The notes: generated by a model not told the origin, from the sequence alone. A stretch of 64,000 nt of DNA from Lapillicoccus sp. (GCF_025353065.1 NZ_JANXRJ010000031.1:18938-82937); one strand, 5' to 3'. Positions 19,308 to 30,093 are shown, counted from the first letter of the stretch. Numbers and translations are program-made.

Positions 19308-19843
19308 CAGGGTCTCCCCGTCGGTGCCGCGCCGACCTCCGCCCGCAGGGCGGCGCCCTTGGCGTGGGCCTGGTCCCGCAGCGCCACCTGGAAGTCGAGC
19401 ATCGCCGCCCGCAGCCGGGCCGCCTCGACGCCGTCGCCCGCGGCCAGGATCCGCGCCGCCAGCAGCCCGGCGTTGCGGGCCCCGCCGATGGAGACCGTGG
19501 CGACCGGGACCCCGGCCGGCATCTGGACGATCGACAGCAACGAGTCCATCCCGTCGAGGTGCTTCAGCGGCACCGGGACCCCGATGACGGGCAGCGGGGT
19601 GACCGCCGCGAGCATCCCCGGCAGGTGGGCGGCGCCACCGGCCCCGGCGATGATGACACGGAGCCCGTGCCCCACCGCAGTCCGCCCGTAGGCGATCATC
19701 TCGTCGGGCATCCGGTGCGCCGACACCACGTCGGCCTCGAAGCGGATCCCGAACTCCCCCAGAGCTTTTGCCGCTTCTTTCATGACCGGCCAGTCACTGT
19801 CACTGCCCATCACGAGCCCGACGACGGGGCTGCTGTCACTCAT
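19307..19843 (-). CDS. purE: 5-(carboxyamino)imidazole ribonucleotide mutase
   Basis: [28 protein letters not shown] motifs; ATG 19843 overlaps the purK end. Confidence 0.92.
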   Translation of the reverse strand: MSDSSPVVGLVMGSDSDWPVMKEAAKALGEFGIRFEADVVSAHRMPDEMIAYGRTAVGHGLRVIIAGAGGAAHLPGMLAAVTPLPVIGVPVPLKHLDGMDSLLSIVQMPAGVPVATVSIGGARNAGLLAARILAAGDGVEAARLRAAMLDFQVALRDQAHAKGAALRAEVGAAPTGRP

Positions 19844-21026
19844 CGATGACTCCTCCGAGGTAGTCGGCCGCGTGCGTCGCCCGGGCCCGCGCATCGCCGA
19901 GGTCCGTCGAGCTGACGTTGACATGGCCGATCTTGCGCCCCGGTCGGACCCCCTTGCCGTAGAGGTGGACCTTGACGCCCGGGTCACGGGCCATGACGTG
20001 CCGGTATGCCGGGTAGAGCTCCGCGTAGTCGCCCCCGAAGACGTTGGCCATCACCGTCCACCGCGCCCGACTGCTCGGGTCGCCCAGCGGCAGGTCGAGG
20101 ACCGCCCGCAGGTGCTGCTCGAACTGTCCGGTGACGGCGCCGTCCATCGACCAGTGACCGCTGTTGTGCGGCCGCATCGCGAGCTCGTTGACGACGAACG
20201 ACGGGCGGCCCGCCGCGTCCGGCAGCTCGAACATCTCCACGGCGAGCACCCCCGTGACGTCGAGCTCCCCCGCGATCCGCAGGGCGGTCGCGGTGGCCAC
20301 GGCGGCGAGCTCGGCATCGAGACCCGGAGCCGGGGCGATCACCTCGCTGCAGATGCTGTCGGTCTGGACGGTCTGGACGACGGGCCACGCCGCCGCCTGG
20401 CCCGACGGGCTGCGCGCGACGAGGACGGCGATCTCGCGCGTGAAGTCGACCCGCTCCTCGAGCAGCACGCCGTCCGAGAGCGGACCCTCGGTGCCCACCT
20501 GGGCGAGCCAGTCCGCGATGTCGTCGGGACCGCTCACGACGCGGACGCCCTTGCCGTCGTAGCCGCCCCGCGGGGTCTTGGCGACGACCGGCCAGCCGGT
20601 CTCTCCGAAGGCCTCGACCTCCGCCGCCGTCGTCGCTCGCGCCCACCGCGGGCACGGCACGTCGAGCGCGGTCAGCCGCTCCCGCATCGCGAGCTTGTCC
20701 TGGGCGAAGCGCAGAGCGGCCGGCCGGGGGTGGAGGACGACGCCCTCGGCCTCGAGCGCGGCGAGCACCGCCGGCGTCACGTGCTCGTGGTCGAAGGTCA
20801 CCACGTCACACTCCCGCGCGAACGCGAGGACCGCCGCGAGGTCGGTGTGGTCCCCCACGGGCGCCGAGGGGATGACGAGCGCCGCGGACGCGTCGGTGGC
20901 CTCGGCGAGCACGCTGAGCTGGAGTCCCATCTCGATGGCCGGACCCTGCATCATCCGGGCCAGCTGCCCGCCTCCGACCACTCCGACGACGGGGAAGCCC
21001 CCGGGGGCCCGCTGTGGCTGCGTCAC
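19836..21026 (-). CDS. purK: 5-(carboxyamino)imidazole ribonucleotide synthase
   Basis: [16 protein letters not shown]-grasp N-terminus, [13 protein letters not shown]; GTG 21026 chosen. Confidence 0.9.
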   Translation of the reverse strand: MTQPQRAPGGFPVVGVVGGGQLARMMQGPAIEMGLQLSVLAEATDASAALVIPSAPVGDHTDLAAVLAFARECDVVTFDHEHVTPAVLAALEAEGVVLHPRPAALRFAQDKLAMRERLTALDVPCPRWARATTAAEVEAFGETGWPVVAKTPRGGYDGKGVRVVSGPDDIADWLAQVGTEGPLSDGVLLEERVDFTREIAVLVARSPSGQAAAWPVVQTVQTDSICSEVIAPAPGLDAELAAVATATALRIAGELDVTGVLAVEMFELPDAAGRPSFVVNELAMRPHNSGHWSMDGAVTGQFEQHLRAVLDLPLGDPSSRARWTVMANVFGGDYAELYPAYRHVMARDPGVKVHLYGKGVRPGRKIGHVNVSSTDLGDARARATHAADYLGGVIDE

Positions 21027-21090
21027 GACACCGAGCCTATCCAGACGCGATGAGGACGCGGCATACAGGCGGGGACCGTAGGCTCTCCCG

Positions 21091-21603
21091 GTGACTGTCC
21101 CACCCCCCACGTCGATGGCGTCCGGACTCACCGAACGGCTTCGTGGCCTCGTCAACGTCTTCTGGCGCGAGGCTGCGAAGTTCGGTGTCGTCGGTCTCAT
21201 CGCCTTCGTGATCGACCTCGGCGGCTTCAACCTCCTCTTCTACGGTCCCCTCGAAGGCCGCCTCGCGACCTCCCGGCTGATCTCCGGCGCGGTGGCCACG
21301 ACGGTGGCGTGGATAGGCAACCGACTGTGGACGTTCCGCCACCGCCAGAAGCGTGCCGCGCACCACGAGGCACTGCTCTTCTTCGTCGTCAACGGTCTCG
21401 GGCTGCTCGTGTCGACGGGCTACCTCAATGCCACCCACGACTGGCTGCACATGACGTCGCGGCTCGCGGTCAACGTCAACACCATCATCGGCATCGCCAT
21501 CGCGACCCTGATGCGCTTCTGGGCCTACCGCAAGTTCGTCTTCGTCGGCGAGAACCTGGGCGACCAGGAGTCCACCGCACCGACGAGCTCCCGCGACGCC
21601 TGA
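21091..21603 (+). CDS. GtrA family membrane protein
   Basis: FGVVGLIAFVIDLGGFNLL..RFWAYRKFVF GtrA pattern. Confidence 0.8.
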   Translation: MTVPPPTSMASGLTERLRGLVNVFWREAAKFGVVGLIAFVIDLGGFNLLFYGPLEGRLATSRLISGAVATTVAWIGNRLWTFRHRQKRAAHHEALLFFVVNGLGLLVSTGYLNATHDWLHMTSRLAVNVNTIIGIAIATLMRFWAYRKFVFVGENLGDQESTAPTSSRDA

Positions 21604-21628
21604 CCCGAGGGGGCTACCTTCCGGAGGC

Positions 21629-22657
21629 TCAGCGCTGCTCCGCCTCGGACAGGAACAGCGCGAAGCGGGCCGGCTGCGCCGAGATCAGGTCGAGCCGGCC
21701 ACCGTTGGACTCGGCGAGGTCCCGAGCCAGAGCAAGGCCGAGACCGGTGCTGTTGCCCAGCCCGCTGCTCACCGAGCGCTCGAAGATGTGCGGCGCCATC
21801 GTGGCCGGCACGCCGTCGCCCTGGTCGCTGACCTCAACGACGACGGAGGGTCCGGTGCGCCGGGCCTGGACCTCGACCGTCCCCCGGCCGTGGATCAGGG
21901 AGTTCTCGAGCAGGGTGCTCAGCACCTGGCTCAGCGCGACCGGCGTCGCCCTCACGACGAGACCACGTTCACCGTGGACGTGGACGCTGCGCCTGGCCTG
22001 CTCGAAGGCCGGCTGCCACTCACGCTGGAGCGCCGCGATGACGGAGTCGAGGGAGACCTCGGGCCGCGGGGCGTCGTTGCCACGACGGCTGCGCATCAGC
22101 AGGTCGTCGACGACGCGCGTGAGGCGCTCGACCTGGGCGATGGCGATGTTCGCCTCCTCCTTCACCACGGTGGGGTCGGAGGTCTCGGAGATCTCCTCGA
22201 GCCGCATCAGGAGGGCGGTCAGCGGTGTGCGGAGCTGGTGCGAGGCGTCCGACGCGAAGTCGCGCTCGGCGGCCAGCGACTTCGTGACGTCCCGCGCGCT
22301 CCGGGCGAGCACCGCGGAGACCCGGTCGATCTCGGGGACCCCCGACACCATCGGCTCCACCTTCGCCTGACCCTGGCCGAAACGCTCGGCCGACAGCGCC
22401 AGCCGCTCCATCGGATCGGCCATCCGCTGCGCAGAACGGTTGATGACGACGACGGTGAGGAGCACTGCCAGCACGGCGAGCACGGCGACGGCGATGAGGA
22501 CCTCGGCCACCCGCGTGGTGGCGGGCACCTCGAGCGACCTCGCGAGCAGCGTCGGGGACCCGACGACCACGGCCCCCACGATCGCGAGCGGGATCCCGGC
22601 GACGAGCACAGCGAGGACGACCGCCAGGAGCGACGAGCGCATGAGCTGCTGGCGCAT
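21629..22657 (-). CDS. sensor histidine kinase
   Basis: Two TM helices, H-box ASHQLRTPLTAL, N/G boxes (LLENSLIHG, DQGDGVP, GLGLALA). Confidence 0.85.
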   Translation of the reverse strand: MRQQLMRSSLLAVVLAVLVAGIPLAIVGAVVVGSPTLLARSLEVPATTRVAEVLIAVAVLAVLAVLLTVVVINRSAQRMADPMERLALSAERFGQGQAKVEPMVSGVPEIDRVSAVLARSARDVTKSLAAERDFASDASHQLRTPLTALLMRLEEISETSDPTVVKEEANIAIAQVERLTRVVDDLLMRSRRGNDAPRPEVSLDSVIAALQREWQPAFEQARRSVHVHGERGLVVRATPVALSQVLSTLLENSLIHGRGTVEVQARRTGPSVVVEVSDQGDGVPATMAPHIFERSVSSGLGNSTGLGLALARDLAESNGGRLDLISAQPARFALFLSEAEQR

Positions 22658-22659
22658 GC

Positions 22660-23334
22660 TCAGTCCTCCGCGCGCTCGAACCGGAAGCCCACGCCCCTCA
22701 CGGTGGAGATGTACTGCGGCTGGGCGGCGTCGTCACCGAGCTTTCGCCGCAGGACGCTGATGTGCATGTCGAGGGTCTTCGTCGAGCCGAACCACGCCGT
22801 CTCCCAGATCTCGCGCATCAGCTGCTCGCGGGAGACGACCTTGCCCTGCTCGCGCACGAGCACCCGCAGGAGGTCGAACTCCTTGGCGGTGAGGTGCAGC
22901 TCCTCGTCCTTGAACCACGCCCGACGCCCCTCGGGGTCGATCCGGAGCATGTCGGTCGACGGGGAGGCGTCCGTGGGGTTGCGGCGCAGCAGCGCCCGCA
23001 CCCGGGCGAGCAGCTCCGCGAGCCGGAACGGCTTGGTGACGTAGTCGTCGGCGCCGGCGTCCAGGCCCACGACCGTGTCGACCTCGTCGGCGCGGGCGGT
23101 GAGGATGAGCACCGGCACGGTCTTGCCGTCGGCACGGATGCGGCGACACACCTCGAGCCCGTCGATGAAGGGCAGCCCGAGGTCGAGGACGACGAGGTCC
23201 GGGTTCTCGCGGGCGCCCTCGAGCGCCGCCCGGCCGTCGGGGCGCACGTCGACGTCGTAGCCCTCACGACGCAGTGCCCGGGCCAGGGGTTCGGAGATCG
23301 CCGGATCGTCCTCAGCCAGCAGCACACGGGTCAT
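22660..23334 (-). CDS. OmpR/PhoB-family response regulator
   Basis: MTRVLLAEDD..VVLDLGLP..LTAR receiver domain plus winged-helix (LTAKEFDLL..VRGVGFRF). Confidence 0.92.
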   Translation of the reverse strand: MTRVLLAEDDPAISEPLARALRREGYDVDVRPDGRAALEGARENPDLVVLDLGLPFIDGLEVCRRIRADGKTVPVLILTARADEVDTVVGLDAGADDYVTKPFRLAELLARVRALLRRNPTDASPSTDMLRIDPEGRRAWFKDEELHLTAKEFDLLRVLVREQGKVVSREQLMREIWETAWFGSTKTLDMHISVLRRKLGDDAAQPQYISTVRGVGFRFERAED

Positions 23335-23426
23335 ACGGGTGATGCTATGGGACGAAAGGTGCGGCGTGCGTGACGACGCGGCCTGGGGCCCGGCCCGGGG
23401 TCCGCCGGCACCCGTCTCGGCAGGGC

Positions 23427-24260
23427 TCACCGGCCGGGCCAGCGGGGTCGGCGCTTCTCGGCGAAGGCGGCTACGCCCTCGGCCCGGTCGCCGCTGAACG
23501 CGGCCTGCCGCCAGCAGTTGTCCTCGATCTCGAGGCCCGCCTCGAGGTAGAGGTCGGAGCCCAGCCGCATGGCGCGTTTGGCCTGCCGCAGCCCGACCGG
23601 GGAGTGCTCGGCGATGGTCGCCGCGAGCTCCAGGGCGCGTGCCCTGGCGGTGCCGGTGGCGACGACCTCGTCGACGCACCCGAGCGCGAACGCCTCTCCC
23701 GCACCGATGCGCCGGGCCGTGAAGATGAGCGAAGCGGCCTTGGACCAGCCGATCCGCCGGGTCAGTAGCTGGGTGCCGCCGCCGCCGGGGATGACCCCGA
23801 CCGACACCTCCGGCAGCCCTACGATCGCCCCCTGGCCGGCGACGACCAGGTCGCAGGCCAGCGCCAGCTCGAAGCCGCCACCCAGGGCGAAGCCCTCCAC
23901 CGCCGCGACGGCGGGCACCGGCAGCGCCAGGATCCCTCCGTATGCCGCGCGGTTGCCCGGCCGCTGCCGCACCAGCTCGGCGTCGGTGAGGGTGTGTCGC
24001 TCCTTGAGGTCGGCGCCGACGCAGAACGCGCGGTCCTGCGAGGAGCTGACGACGACGCACCGCACCCGGTCGTCGTGCGCGACCTCCCGCGTCACCCGGA
24101 CGAGGGCAGCGGCCATCGCGGTGGAGACGGCGTTCAGGGCCGCAGGCCGGTCGAGGACGATCTCGAGGACGTGCCCACCGTCGCCGTGGCGCTCCAGCCG
24201 CACGAGGGGGGCGCCGCCCTCCTGCCCGCCCTCCGGCATACCCGCTGCGGTGCTCGTCAT
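23427..24260 (-). CDS. enoyl-CoA hydratase/isomerase family protein
   Basis: FCVGADLKE..AVEGFALGGGFELALACD crotonase motif; ATG 24260 overlaps the cyclase stop (ATGA). Confidence 0.9.
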   Translation of the reverse strand: MTSTAAGMPEGGQEGGAPLVRLERHGDGGHVLEIVLDRPAALNAVSTAMAAALVRVTREVAHDDRVRCVVVSSSQDRAFCVGADLKERHTLTDAELVRQRPGNRAAYGGILALPVPAVAAVEGFALGGGFELALACDLVVAGQGAIVGLPEVSVGVIPGGGGTQLLTRRIGWSKAASLIFTARRIGAGEAFALGCVDEVVATGTARARALELAATIAEHSPVGLRQAKRAMRLGSDLYLEAGLEIEDNCWRQAAFSGDRAEGVAAFAEKRRPRWPGR

Positions 24261-25387
24261 CTGCCGTCCCTCTCCCTCTGCTCGGGCGTCGTTTCGTCGG
24301 GCGTCCCACGACGGGTGTCGGCGCCGGCCCTGGCGAGGACGTAGGGCTTGACCTTGCCGACGCCCCGCAGCGCGCGGCTGCGGAGGGGGGTGAGGTCGAA
24401 GCCCGAGACGCTGTCGAGGGAGTGGGCCATCTGCCCGTCGATGAGCACGTTGCCGGGCTGGGCGATCGAGGTCAACCGCGACGCGCGGTTCACGGTCGTG
24501 CCGAAGACGTCGCCGAGGCGCGACAGCACCGGCCCGGCGGCCATCCCGACGCGCACGTCGGGCAGGACGTCGTCGTCGGACATGGCGTCGACGAGGTCGA
24601 GCGCCGTGGCGGCCGCAGGCGCGGCCTCCCGGTTGGAGAAGAGGATCTCGTCGCCCACCGTCTTGATGATCCGCCCCCCGTGGGCGGTGACGATGTCGGA
24701 CGTCAGCACCTCGAACCGCTTGACGACGACCGAGAGCTCGCGTTCGGAGAGTCGGCGGACGAGGTTGGTGAAGGCCACCAGATCCGCGAACCCGATGTGC
24801 CGCCACATGCCGTGCTCGTCCGTCGACGGCTCGGCGTCGCTGATCATCCGGGAGATCGCGTCCGTCAGGTGCCGACGCCAGGCGTAGACGAGCAGCGGTT
24901 CGAGCTCGTCGACGAGGTCGATGAGCTGGATCGCGGCCGCCTTGGCCGTCGCGACGTCGGGCACGGCCAGCGGGCCGATGCCGTCGCGGCCCTCCTGCGG
25001 CGAGATCGACTCGGCGACGAGCTGGACCTGCCAGGCGGCGAGCCGGTCGGCGGTCCGGGCGAACGCCCGGGTGTGGGCGAGCGCGGTCGTCTCGTCCATC
25101 GTGCCCTCCCGGACGATCTTGGCGACCGTGCGCAGGGCGTAGAGGTCGGCCTCGGTGAAGAGCTCCTCATCGCTGGTCACGAGGGGGAAGCCGAGGGCGT
25201 GCCAGAGCTTGCGGGCACTGAGCAGGGAGACCGCCGCCCCGGAGCTGACGTCGCGGCGGGCCAGGGAACGGGGGCGGCCGAGCAGGGCCGCCGCGATGTC
25301 GTCGACATCGGGATCGGGGGGCAGCGACTCGGAGCGACGGCGACGACGCCCGTTGCGGCTGACCTCCTCGCTCGGCTCGTCGCTCAT
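24257..25387 (-). CDS. class III adenylate/guanylate cyclase with an N-terminal domain of unknown function
   Basis: C-terminal GFADLVAFT..KTVGDEILF..GTTVNRASRL cyclase core. Confidence 0.85.
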   Translation of the reverse strand: MSDEPSEEVSRNGRRRRRSESLPPDPDVDDIAAALLGRPRSLARRDVSSGAAVSLLSARKLWHALGFPLVTSDEELFTEADLYALRTVAKIVREGTMDETTALAHTRAFARTADRLAAWQVQLVAESISPQEGRDGIGPLAVPDVATAKAAAIQLIDLVDELEPLLVYAWRRHLTDAISRMISDAEPSTDEHGMWRHIGFADLVAFTNLVRRLSERELSVVVKRFEVLTSDIVTAHGGRIIKTVGDEILFSNREAAPAAATALDLVDAMSDDDVLPDVRVGMAAGPVLSRLGDVFGTTVNRASRLTSIAQPGNVLIDGQMAHSLDSVSGFDLTPLRSRALRGVGKVKPYVLARAGADTRRGTPDETTPEQRERDGR

Positions 25388-25574
25388 GCGTGCATCATGT
25401 CAAGGAGCGAGCGCCGAGGTCATGGGGTGACCGGCCAGAGTTGGCGGTTGCGGCAGCGTTCGGACGACAGCACGGCTCCACCCCGGCTGATCCTGAACCC
25501 GCGCTCGGGGTGGCCGCACGGCGGCGATGAGATTGCCGGGGCCTGCCACGGGGGTATCGCGGCGTCCTACCTCC

Positions 25575-25620
25575 TCTTCCAGCTCCTGGGGGCGATCTCT
25601 TCCAGCTCCTGGGGGCGATC
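25575..25620. repeat. perfect 23-bp tandem duplication (tcttccagctcctgggggcgatc x2)
   Basis: Read directly in the 349-bp gap between the cyclase and birA. Confidence 0.95.
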
Positions 25621-25736
25621 GCCGGCGCGGGCGCCACCTGGCTCACCTTCGGCTCGGTCGCCCGTGACCGGGCCGACCTCGGCGCCACCGTCCCCGCCAA
25701 CGGGGTCAGCGACGGCCCCGCCTTCATCGTCGAGGC

Positions 25737-26573
25737 TCATCCCCCGAGGAGGGTCCCGGCGCCGGGGGTGTCCGGCGGCCGCACGTGGACGACGTCACCC
25801 GCCGCCCAGGCCGAGCGCTCCCCGGCCCGCTCGATCACCAGCCGTCCGTCGTCGTCGACGGCCACCGCTCGACCCAGGACGTCAGCCGCCTCGGCGCGGC
25901 TGAGCCGCACCTCCTGCCCGATCGTCGCGCAGTGATCCCGGTATGCCGCCCGCGCGGCGGCGACCTCGGCCGCACCGGCGACCAGCCCGGCATACAGCCC
26001 GGCGAGGTGGTCGAGGAAGGAGGCCGCGAGCGCCGTGCCGTCGAGCGCCGTGCCGTCGACGGCCGTCGCCCCGGCCAGCAGGAGCGACGTCGCGGTCGGC
26101 ACGGGGAGCTCCGCGCGGGTCTGCGTGACGTTGAGCCCCACGCCGATGACGACGAGGGCACCGGACGGGGCTCCCACCACCTCGCAGAGGATCCCGGCCA
26201 CCTTGCCGAACCCGTCACCGGGCAGCAGGACGTCGTTGGGCCACTTGAGGACGGCCGCGATCCCGGCGTTCGCCTCGACCGCTCGAAGGACGGCGAGCCC
26301 GGTGAGGAGCGGGACCCAGCCGGCCCCCGACGGCGGCAGCGGGACCGTCGCGGAGATCAACAAGGAGGAGCCGACCGGCGACTCCCAGCTGCGCCGCAGC
26401 CGCCCACGGCCCGCGCTCTGGTGGTCCGCGGTCACGACCAGCCAGGGCCGAGCGAGCCGCGCCGCGCGGGCGTTGGTGGAGTCGAGCGAGGCGTGGTGCT
26501 CCACCTCCGTCCACGGCGCCCGCGACGTGACCAACGCCCCACGAAGTCGGTCCGGGTCGATGAGCTGAGCCAT
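25737..26573 (-). CDS. birA: biotin--[acetyl-CoA-carboxylase] ligase (group I, no HTH)
   Basis: ATG 26573; [15 protein letters not shown] and KWPNDVL motifs. Confidence 0.88.
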   Translation of the reverse strand: MAQLIDPDRLRGALVTSRAPWTEVEHHASLDSTNARAARLARPWLVVTADHQSAGRGRLRRSWESPVGSSLLISATVPLPPSGAGWVPLLTGLAVLRAVEANAGIAAVLKWPNDVLLPGDGFGKVAGILCEVVGAPSGALVVIGVGLNVTQTRAELPVPTATSLLLAGATAVDGTALDGTALAASFLDHLAGLYAGLVAGAAEVAAARAAYRDHCATIGQEVRLSRAEAADVLGRAVAVDDDGRLVIERAGERSAWAAGDVVHVRPPDTPGAGTLLGG

Positions 26574-26597
26574 GCGCCCAAGGCTAGAGTCACGCCC

Positions 26598-28235
26598 ATG
26601 ACTGATGTCGGCACGGTCCCTGCTGCGGAGGAGGTCGCGCCCGAGGGGGAGCACGACCTCATGACCACCGCGGGCAAGCTCGCGGACCTCAAGCGGCGGA
26701 TCGCCGAGGTGGCGCACGCCGGCTCGGAGCGGGCCATCGAGAAGCAGCACGCACGCGGCAAGAAGACCGCTCGGGAGCGGCTCGCCCTGCTCCTCGACGC
26801 CGGTACCTTCATCGAGATGGACAAGTACGCCAGGCACCGCTCGTCGGCCTTCGGGCAGGACAAGAACCGGCCCTACGGCGACGGCGTCGTCACCGGCTAC
26901 GGCCAGATCGACGGGCGCCAGGTCGTCGTCTTCGCACAGGACTTCACCGTCTTCGGCGGGTCGCTGGGGCAGGTGTTCGGCGAGAAGATCGTCAAGGTCA
27001 TGGACTTCGCGATGAAGATCGGCTGCCCCGTCATCGGCCTCAACGACTCCGGCGGCGCGCGCATCCAGGAGGGGGTGGTCAGCCTCGGGCTCTACGGCGA
27101 GATCTTCCGCCGCAACGTCCACGCCTCCGGCGTCATCCCGCAGATCTCGCTGATCATGGGTCCGTGCGCCGGTGGGGCCGTCTACTCCCCCGCGATCACC
27201 GACTTCACCGTCATGGTCGACCAGACCTCGCACATGTTCATCACCGGTCCCGACGTCATCAAGACCGTCACTGGCGAGACGGTCGAGATGGAGGACCTCG
27301 GCGGGGCCCGCACGCACAACACGAAATCCGGTGTCGCGCACTACATGGGCACCGACGAGCAGGACGCCATCGACTACGTCAAGGCGCTGCTGTCCTACCT
27401 CCCGTCCAACAACCTCGAGGAGCCACCGGCCTACGAGAGCCGCGGCGAGGAGGCGCTCGACACCACGGACGAGGACCGCTGGCTCGACACCTGCATCCCC
27501 GACTCCCCCAACCAGCCCTACGACATGCACGAGGTCATCCGGCACGTCGTCGACGACGTCGAGTTCCTCGAGGTCCAGCCCCTCTTCGCGCCCAACATCC
27601 TGACCGGCTTCGCGCGCGTCGACGGCATGTCGGTCGGGGTCGTCGCCAACCAGCCGATGCAGTTCGCCGGGTGCCTCGACATCGACGCGTCCGAGAAGGC
27701 CGCCCGCTTCGTGCGCACCTGCGACGCCTTCAACGTGCCGGTCCTCACCTTCGTCGACGTCCCAGGCTTCCTCCCGGGCACCGACCAGGAGTGGGACGGC
27801 ATCATCCGACGCGGCGCCAAGCTCATCTACGCCTACGCCGAGGCGACCGTCCCCCTCGTCACCGTCATCACCCGCAAGGCCTACGGCGGCGCCTACGACG
27901 TCATGGGCAGCAAGCACCTCGGCGCCGACATCAACCTGGCCTGGCCGACCGCGCAGATCGCCGTGATGGGAGCCCAGGGCGCGGTGAACATCCTCTACCG
28001 CAAGGAGATTTCCGCCGCCGAGCAGGAGGGGCGTGACGTCGAGAAGACCCGGCAGGACTTCATCCGCGACTACGAGGAACAGCTCGCCAACCCCTACGTC
28101 GCGGCCGAGCGGGGCTACGTCGACACGGTCATCTCCCCCTCCAACACCCGCATGAATGTCACCCGGGCCCTGCGCGCGCTGCGGACCAAGCGCGAGACCC
28201 TTCCTCCCAAGAAGCACGGGAACATCCCGCTGTGA
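26598..28235 (+). CDS. accD5: acyl-CoA (propionyl/acetyl) carboxylase carboxyltransferase beta subunit
   Basis: Full-length AccD5/PccB pattern ([39 protein letters not shown]). Confidence 0.93.
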   Translation: MTDVGTVPAAEEVAPEGEHDLMTTAGKLADLKRRIAEVAHAGSERAIEKQHARGKKTARERLALLLDAGTFIEMDKYARHRSSAFGQDKNRPYGDGVVTGYGQIDGRQVVVFAQDFTVFGGSLGQVFGEKIVKVMDFAMKIGCPVIGLNDSGGARIQEGVVSLGLYGEIFRRNVHASGVIPQISLIMGPCAGGAVYSPAITDFTVMVDQTSHMFITGPDVIKTVTGETVEMEDLGGARTHNTKSGVAHYMGTDEQDAIDYVKALLSYLPSNNLEEPPAYESRGEEALDTTDEDRWLDTCIPDSPNQPYDMHEVIRHVVDDVEFLEVQPLFAPNILTGFARVDGMSVGVVANQPMQFAGCLDIDASEKAARFVRTCDAFNVPVLTFVDVPGFLPGTDQEWDGIIRRGAKLIYAYAEATVPLVTVITRKAYGGAYDVMGSKHLGADINLAWPTAQIAVMGAQGAVNILYRKEISAAEQEGRDVEKTRQDFIRDYEEQLANPYVAAERGYVDTVISPSNTRMNVTRALRALRTKRETLPPKKHGNIPL

Positions 28236-28468
28236 CCGACGAGGTGCCGGAGGTGGTCGACGCAGCGCCGGTGGTCCGGGTCGTGGCCGGGCACCCGACC
28301 CCGGAGGAGCTCGCCGCACTGCTCACCGTGCTCGCTGCCGTCGGTGGCGGCGACGCGGGCGACGTTGGTACTACTGCCCCCTCGCGCTGGAGCGCGCCGA
28401 GCGGGCGGCTGCGCACGGCATACGGGCCAGGCTCGGGCGCCTGGCGCGCCTCGGGTATGCCGCGCTGA
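28232..28468 (+). CDS. accE5: acyl-CoA carboxylase epsilon subunit
   Basis: GTGA overlap with accD5; [20 protein letters not shown] signature. Confidence 0.8.
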   Translation: MTDEVPEVVDAAPVVRVVAGHPTPEELAALLTVLAAVGGGDAGDVGTTAPSRWSAPSGRLRTAYGPGSGAWRASGMPR

Positions 28469-28494
28469 GACTGTGCTGAGACCGCCGCTGAGAC
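28465..28494. promoter_or_regulatory. three direct CTGAGAC repeats spaced 11-12 bp
   Basis: Copies at 28465-71, 28476-82 and 28488-94; span the accE5 stop and lie upstream of the TldD-like gene. Confidence 0.3.
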
Positions 28495-28539
28495 GGTGCG
28501 GGGACTGCGGTTCGCCGCGGGCTGTGCCACGGTGGACGC

Positions 28540-30093
28540 ATGAGTCTGCCCGCTGACCTCGGACGGACCGGCAACGAGAGGACGACCATGCCCGGAGTCC
28601 ACCAGGAGTTCCTCGCGCTACCACTCGGCGTCCTCGCCGACGCGGCCCTCAGCCGAGCGCGCGAGCTCGGCGCCGAGTATGCCGCGCTGCGCGTCGTCTC
28701 GAGCCGCGAGCAGTACCTCGTGCTGCACGACCTCGACGTCGAGACCTCGACGACGGCCGACGACCTGGGGCTCGCGGTGCGCGTCATCCACGACGGGTCC
28801 TGGGGCTTCGCGGCCGGCATCGCCCTCACGCCGGAGGAGGCCGCCCGGCTCGCGGAGCGCGCGGTCGCCGTGGCGCGGGTGAGCCGGCCGGTGTCCACCG
28901 AACGCGTCGTCCTCGCCCCCGAGCCGGTCTACGCCGACCGGCGGTGGTCCTCGCGCTACGAGGTCGACCCCTTCACGGTCAGCGACGCCGACAAGGTGGG
29001 CGCCCTGGTCGACCTCTCGGAGCGGCTCGCCGCCGGCGACGGGATCGACGTCACGCGGGCGTCCGTCCAGGCCATCCGCGAGAACGTCTTCTACGCCGAC
29101 TCCTTCGGCACCTCGACGACCCAGACCCGGGTGCGCATCCACCCCGTCCTCAGCGCCACGACGATCGATCGCGCCACCGGTGGCTTCCAGTCGATGCGCA
29201 CGCTCGTGCCGCCGGCCGCGGCCGGGTGGGAGTACGTCCTCGGCGCGGACGCTGGGCTCGCCGACGAGGTGGCCGCGATCCCCGAGCTGCTCGCGGCCAA
29301 GGTCAAGGCGCCGTCGGTCGTCGCCGGCGACCAGGACCTCGTCATCGACGGGAGCAACCTGTTCCTCACCATCCACGAGTCGATCGGGCACGCGACCGAG
29401 CTCGACCGGGTCCTCGGCTACGAAGCGGCATACGCCGGAACGTCGTTCGCGACCTTCGACAAGCTCGGCCACTTCCACTACGGCTCACCGGTGATGAACG
29501 TGACCGGCGACCGCGACAGCGACTGGGGCCTCGCCAGCGTCGGCTGGGACGACGAGGGCGTCGCCGGGCAGCACTGGGACATCATCGAGGACGGCATCCT
29601 CGTCGGCTACCAGACCGACCGCGCGATGGCCGCCCTGAAGGACCTCGGCCGCAGCAACGGGGCGGCCTACGCCGACAGCGCCCGGCACGTGCCCCTGCAG
29701 CGGATGGTCAACGTCAGCCTCCAGCCCGACCCCGAGGGCGGCACGATCGACGACCTCATCGGGAGGGTCGAGGACGGCATCTACATCGTGGGCGACAACT
29801 CGTGGTCGATCGACATGCAGCGCTACAACTTCCAGTTCACCGGTCAGCGGTTCTTCAAGATCGAGGACGGTCACCTCACCGGACAGCTGCGCGACGTCGC
29901 CTACCAGGCCTCCACGACCGACTTCTGGCGCTCGATGGAGGCGGTCGGCGGCCCGAGCACCTTCTACCGCGGCGGAGCACTCAACTGCGGGAAAGCCCAA
30001 CCAGGACAGGTCTCCCCGGCCAGCCACGGCACCCCCGCCGCGCTCTTCCGCGGCGTCCGGATCCTCAACACCGTGCAGGAGGCAGGTCACTGA
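28540..30093 (+). CDS. TldD/PmbA-family metallopeptidase (TldD-like)
   Basis: HESIGHATELDR motif; alternative start ATG 28588. Confidence 0.85.
   Translation: MSLPADLGRTGNERTTMPGVHQEFLALPLGVLADAALSRARELGAEYAALRVVSSREQYLVLHDLDVETSTTADDLGLAVRVIHDGSWGFAAGIALTPEEAARLAERAVAVARVSRPVSTERVVLAPEPVYADRRWSSRYEVDPFTVSDADKVGALVDLSERLAAGDGIDVTRASVQAIRENVFYADSFGTSTTQTRVRIHPVLSATTIDRATGGFQSMRTLVPPAAAGWEYVLGADAGLADEVAAIPELLAAKVKAPSVVAGDQDLVIDGSNLFLTIHESIGHATELDRVLGYEAAYAGTSFATFDKLGHFHYGSPVMNVTGDRDSDWGLASVGWDDEGVAGQHWDIIEDGILVGYQTDRAMAALKDLGRSNGAAYADSARHVPLQRMVNVSLQPDPEGGTIDDLIGRVEDGIYIVGDNSWSIDMQRYNFQFTGQRFFKIEDGHLTGQLRDVAYQASTTDFWRSMEAVGGPSTFYRGGALNCGKAQPGQVSPASHGTPAALFRGVRILNTVQEAGH

Noticed and set aside
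25395-25727. 110-aa minus-strand ORF in the cyclase-birA gap
   Set aside because: It is Arg/Pro-rich and not protein-like. Its high GC3 is explained by being the mirror frame of the more plausible + strand TM-like frame. A second minus-strand ATG at 25740, which overlaps the birA stop, gives a 57-aa acidic peptide with poor GC3.
26574-28319. Upstream extension of the birA ORF (860 aa in total)
   Set aside because: It is antisense to accD5/accE5. The BirA homology starts at ATG 26573.
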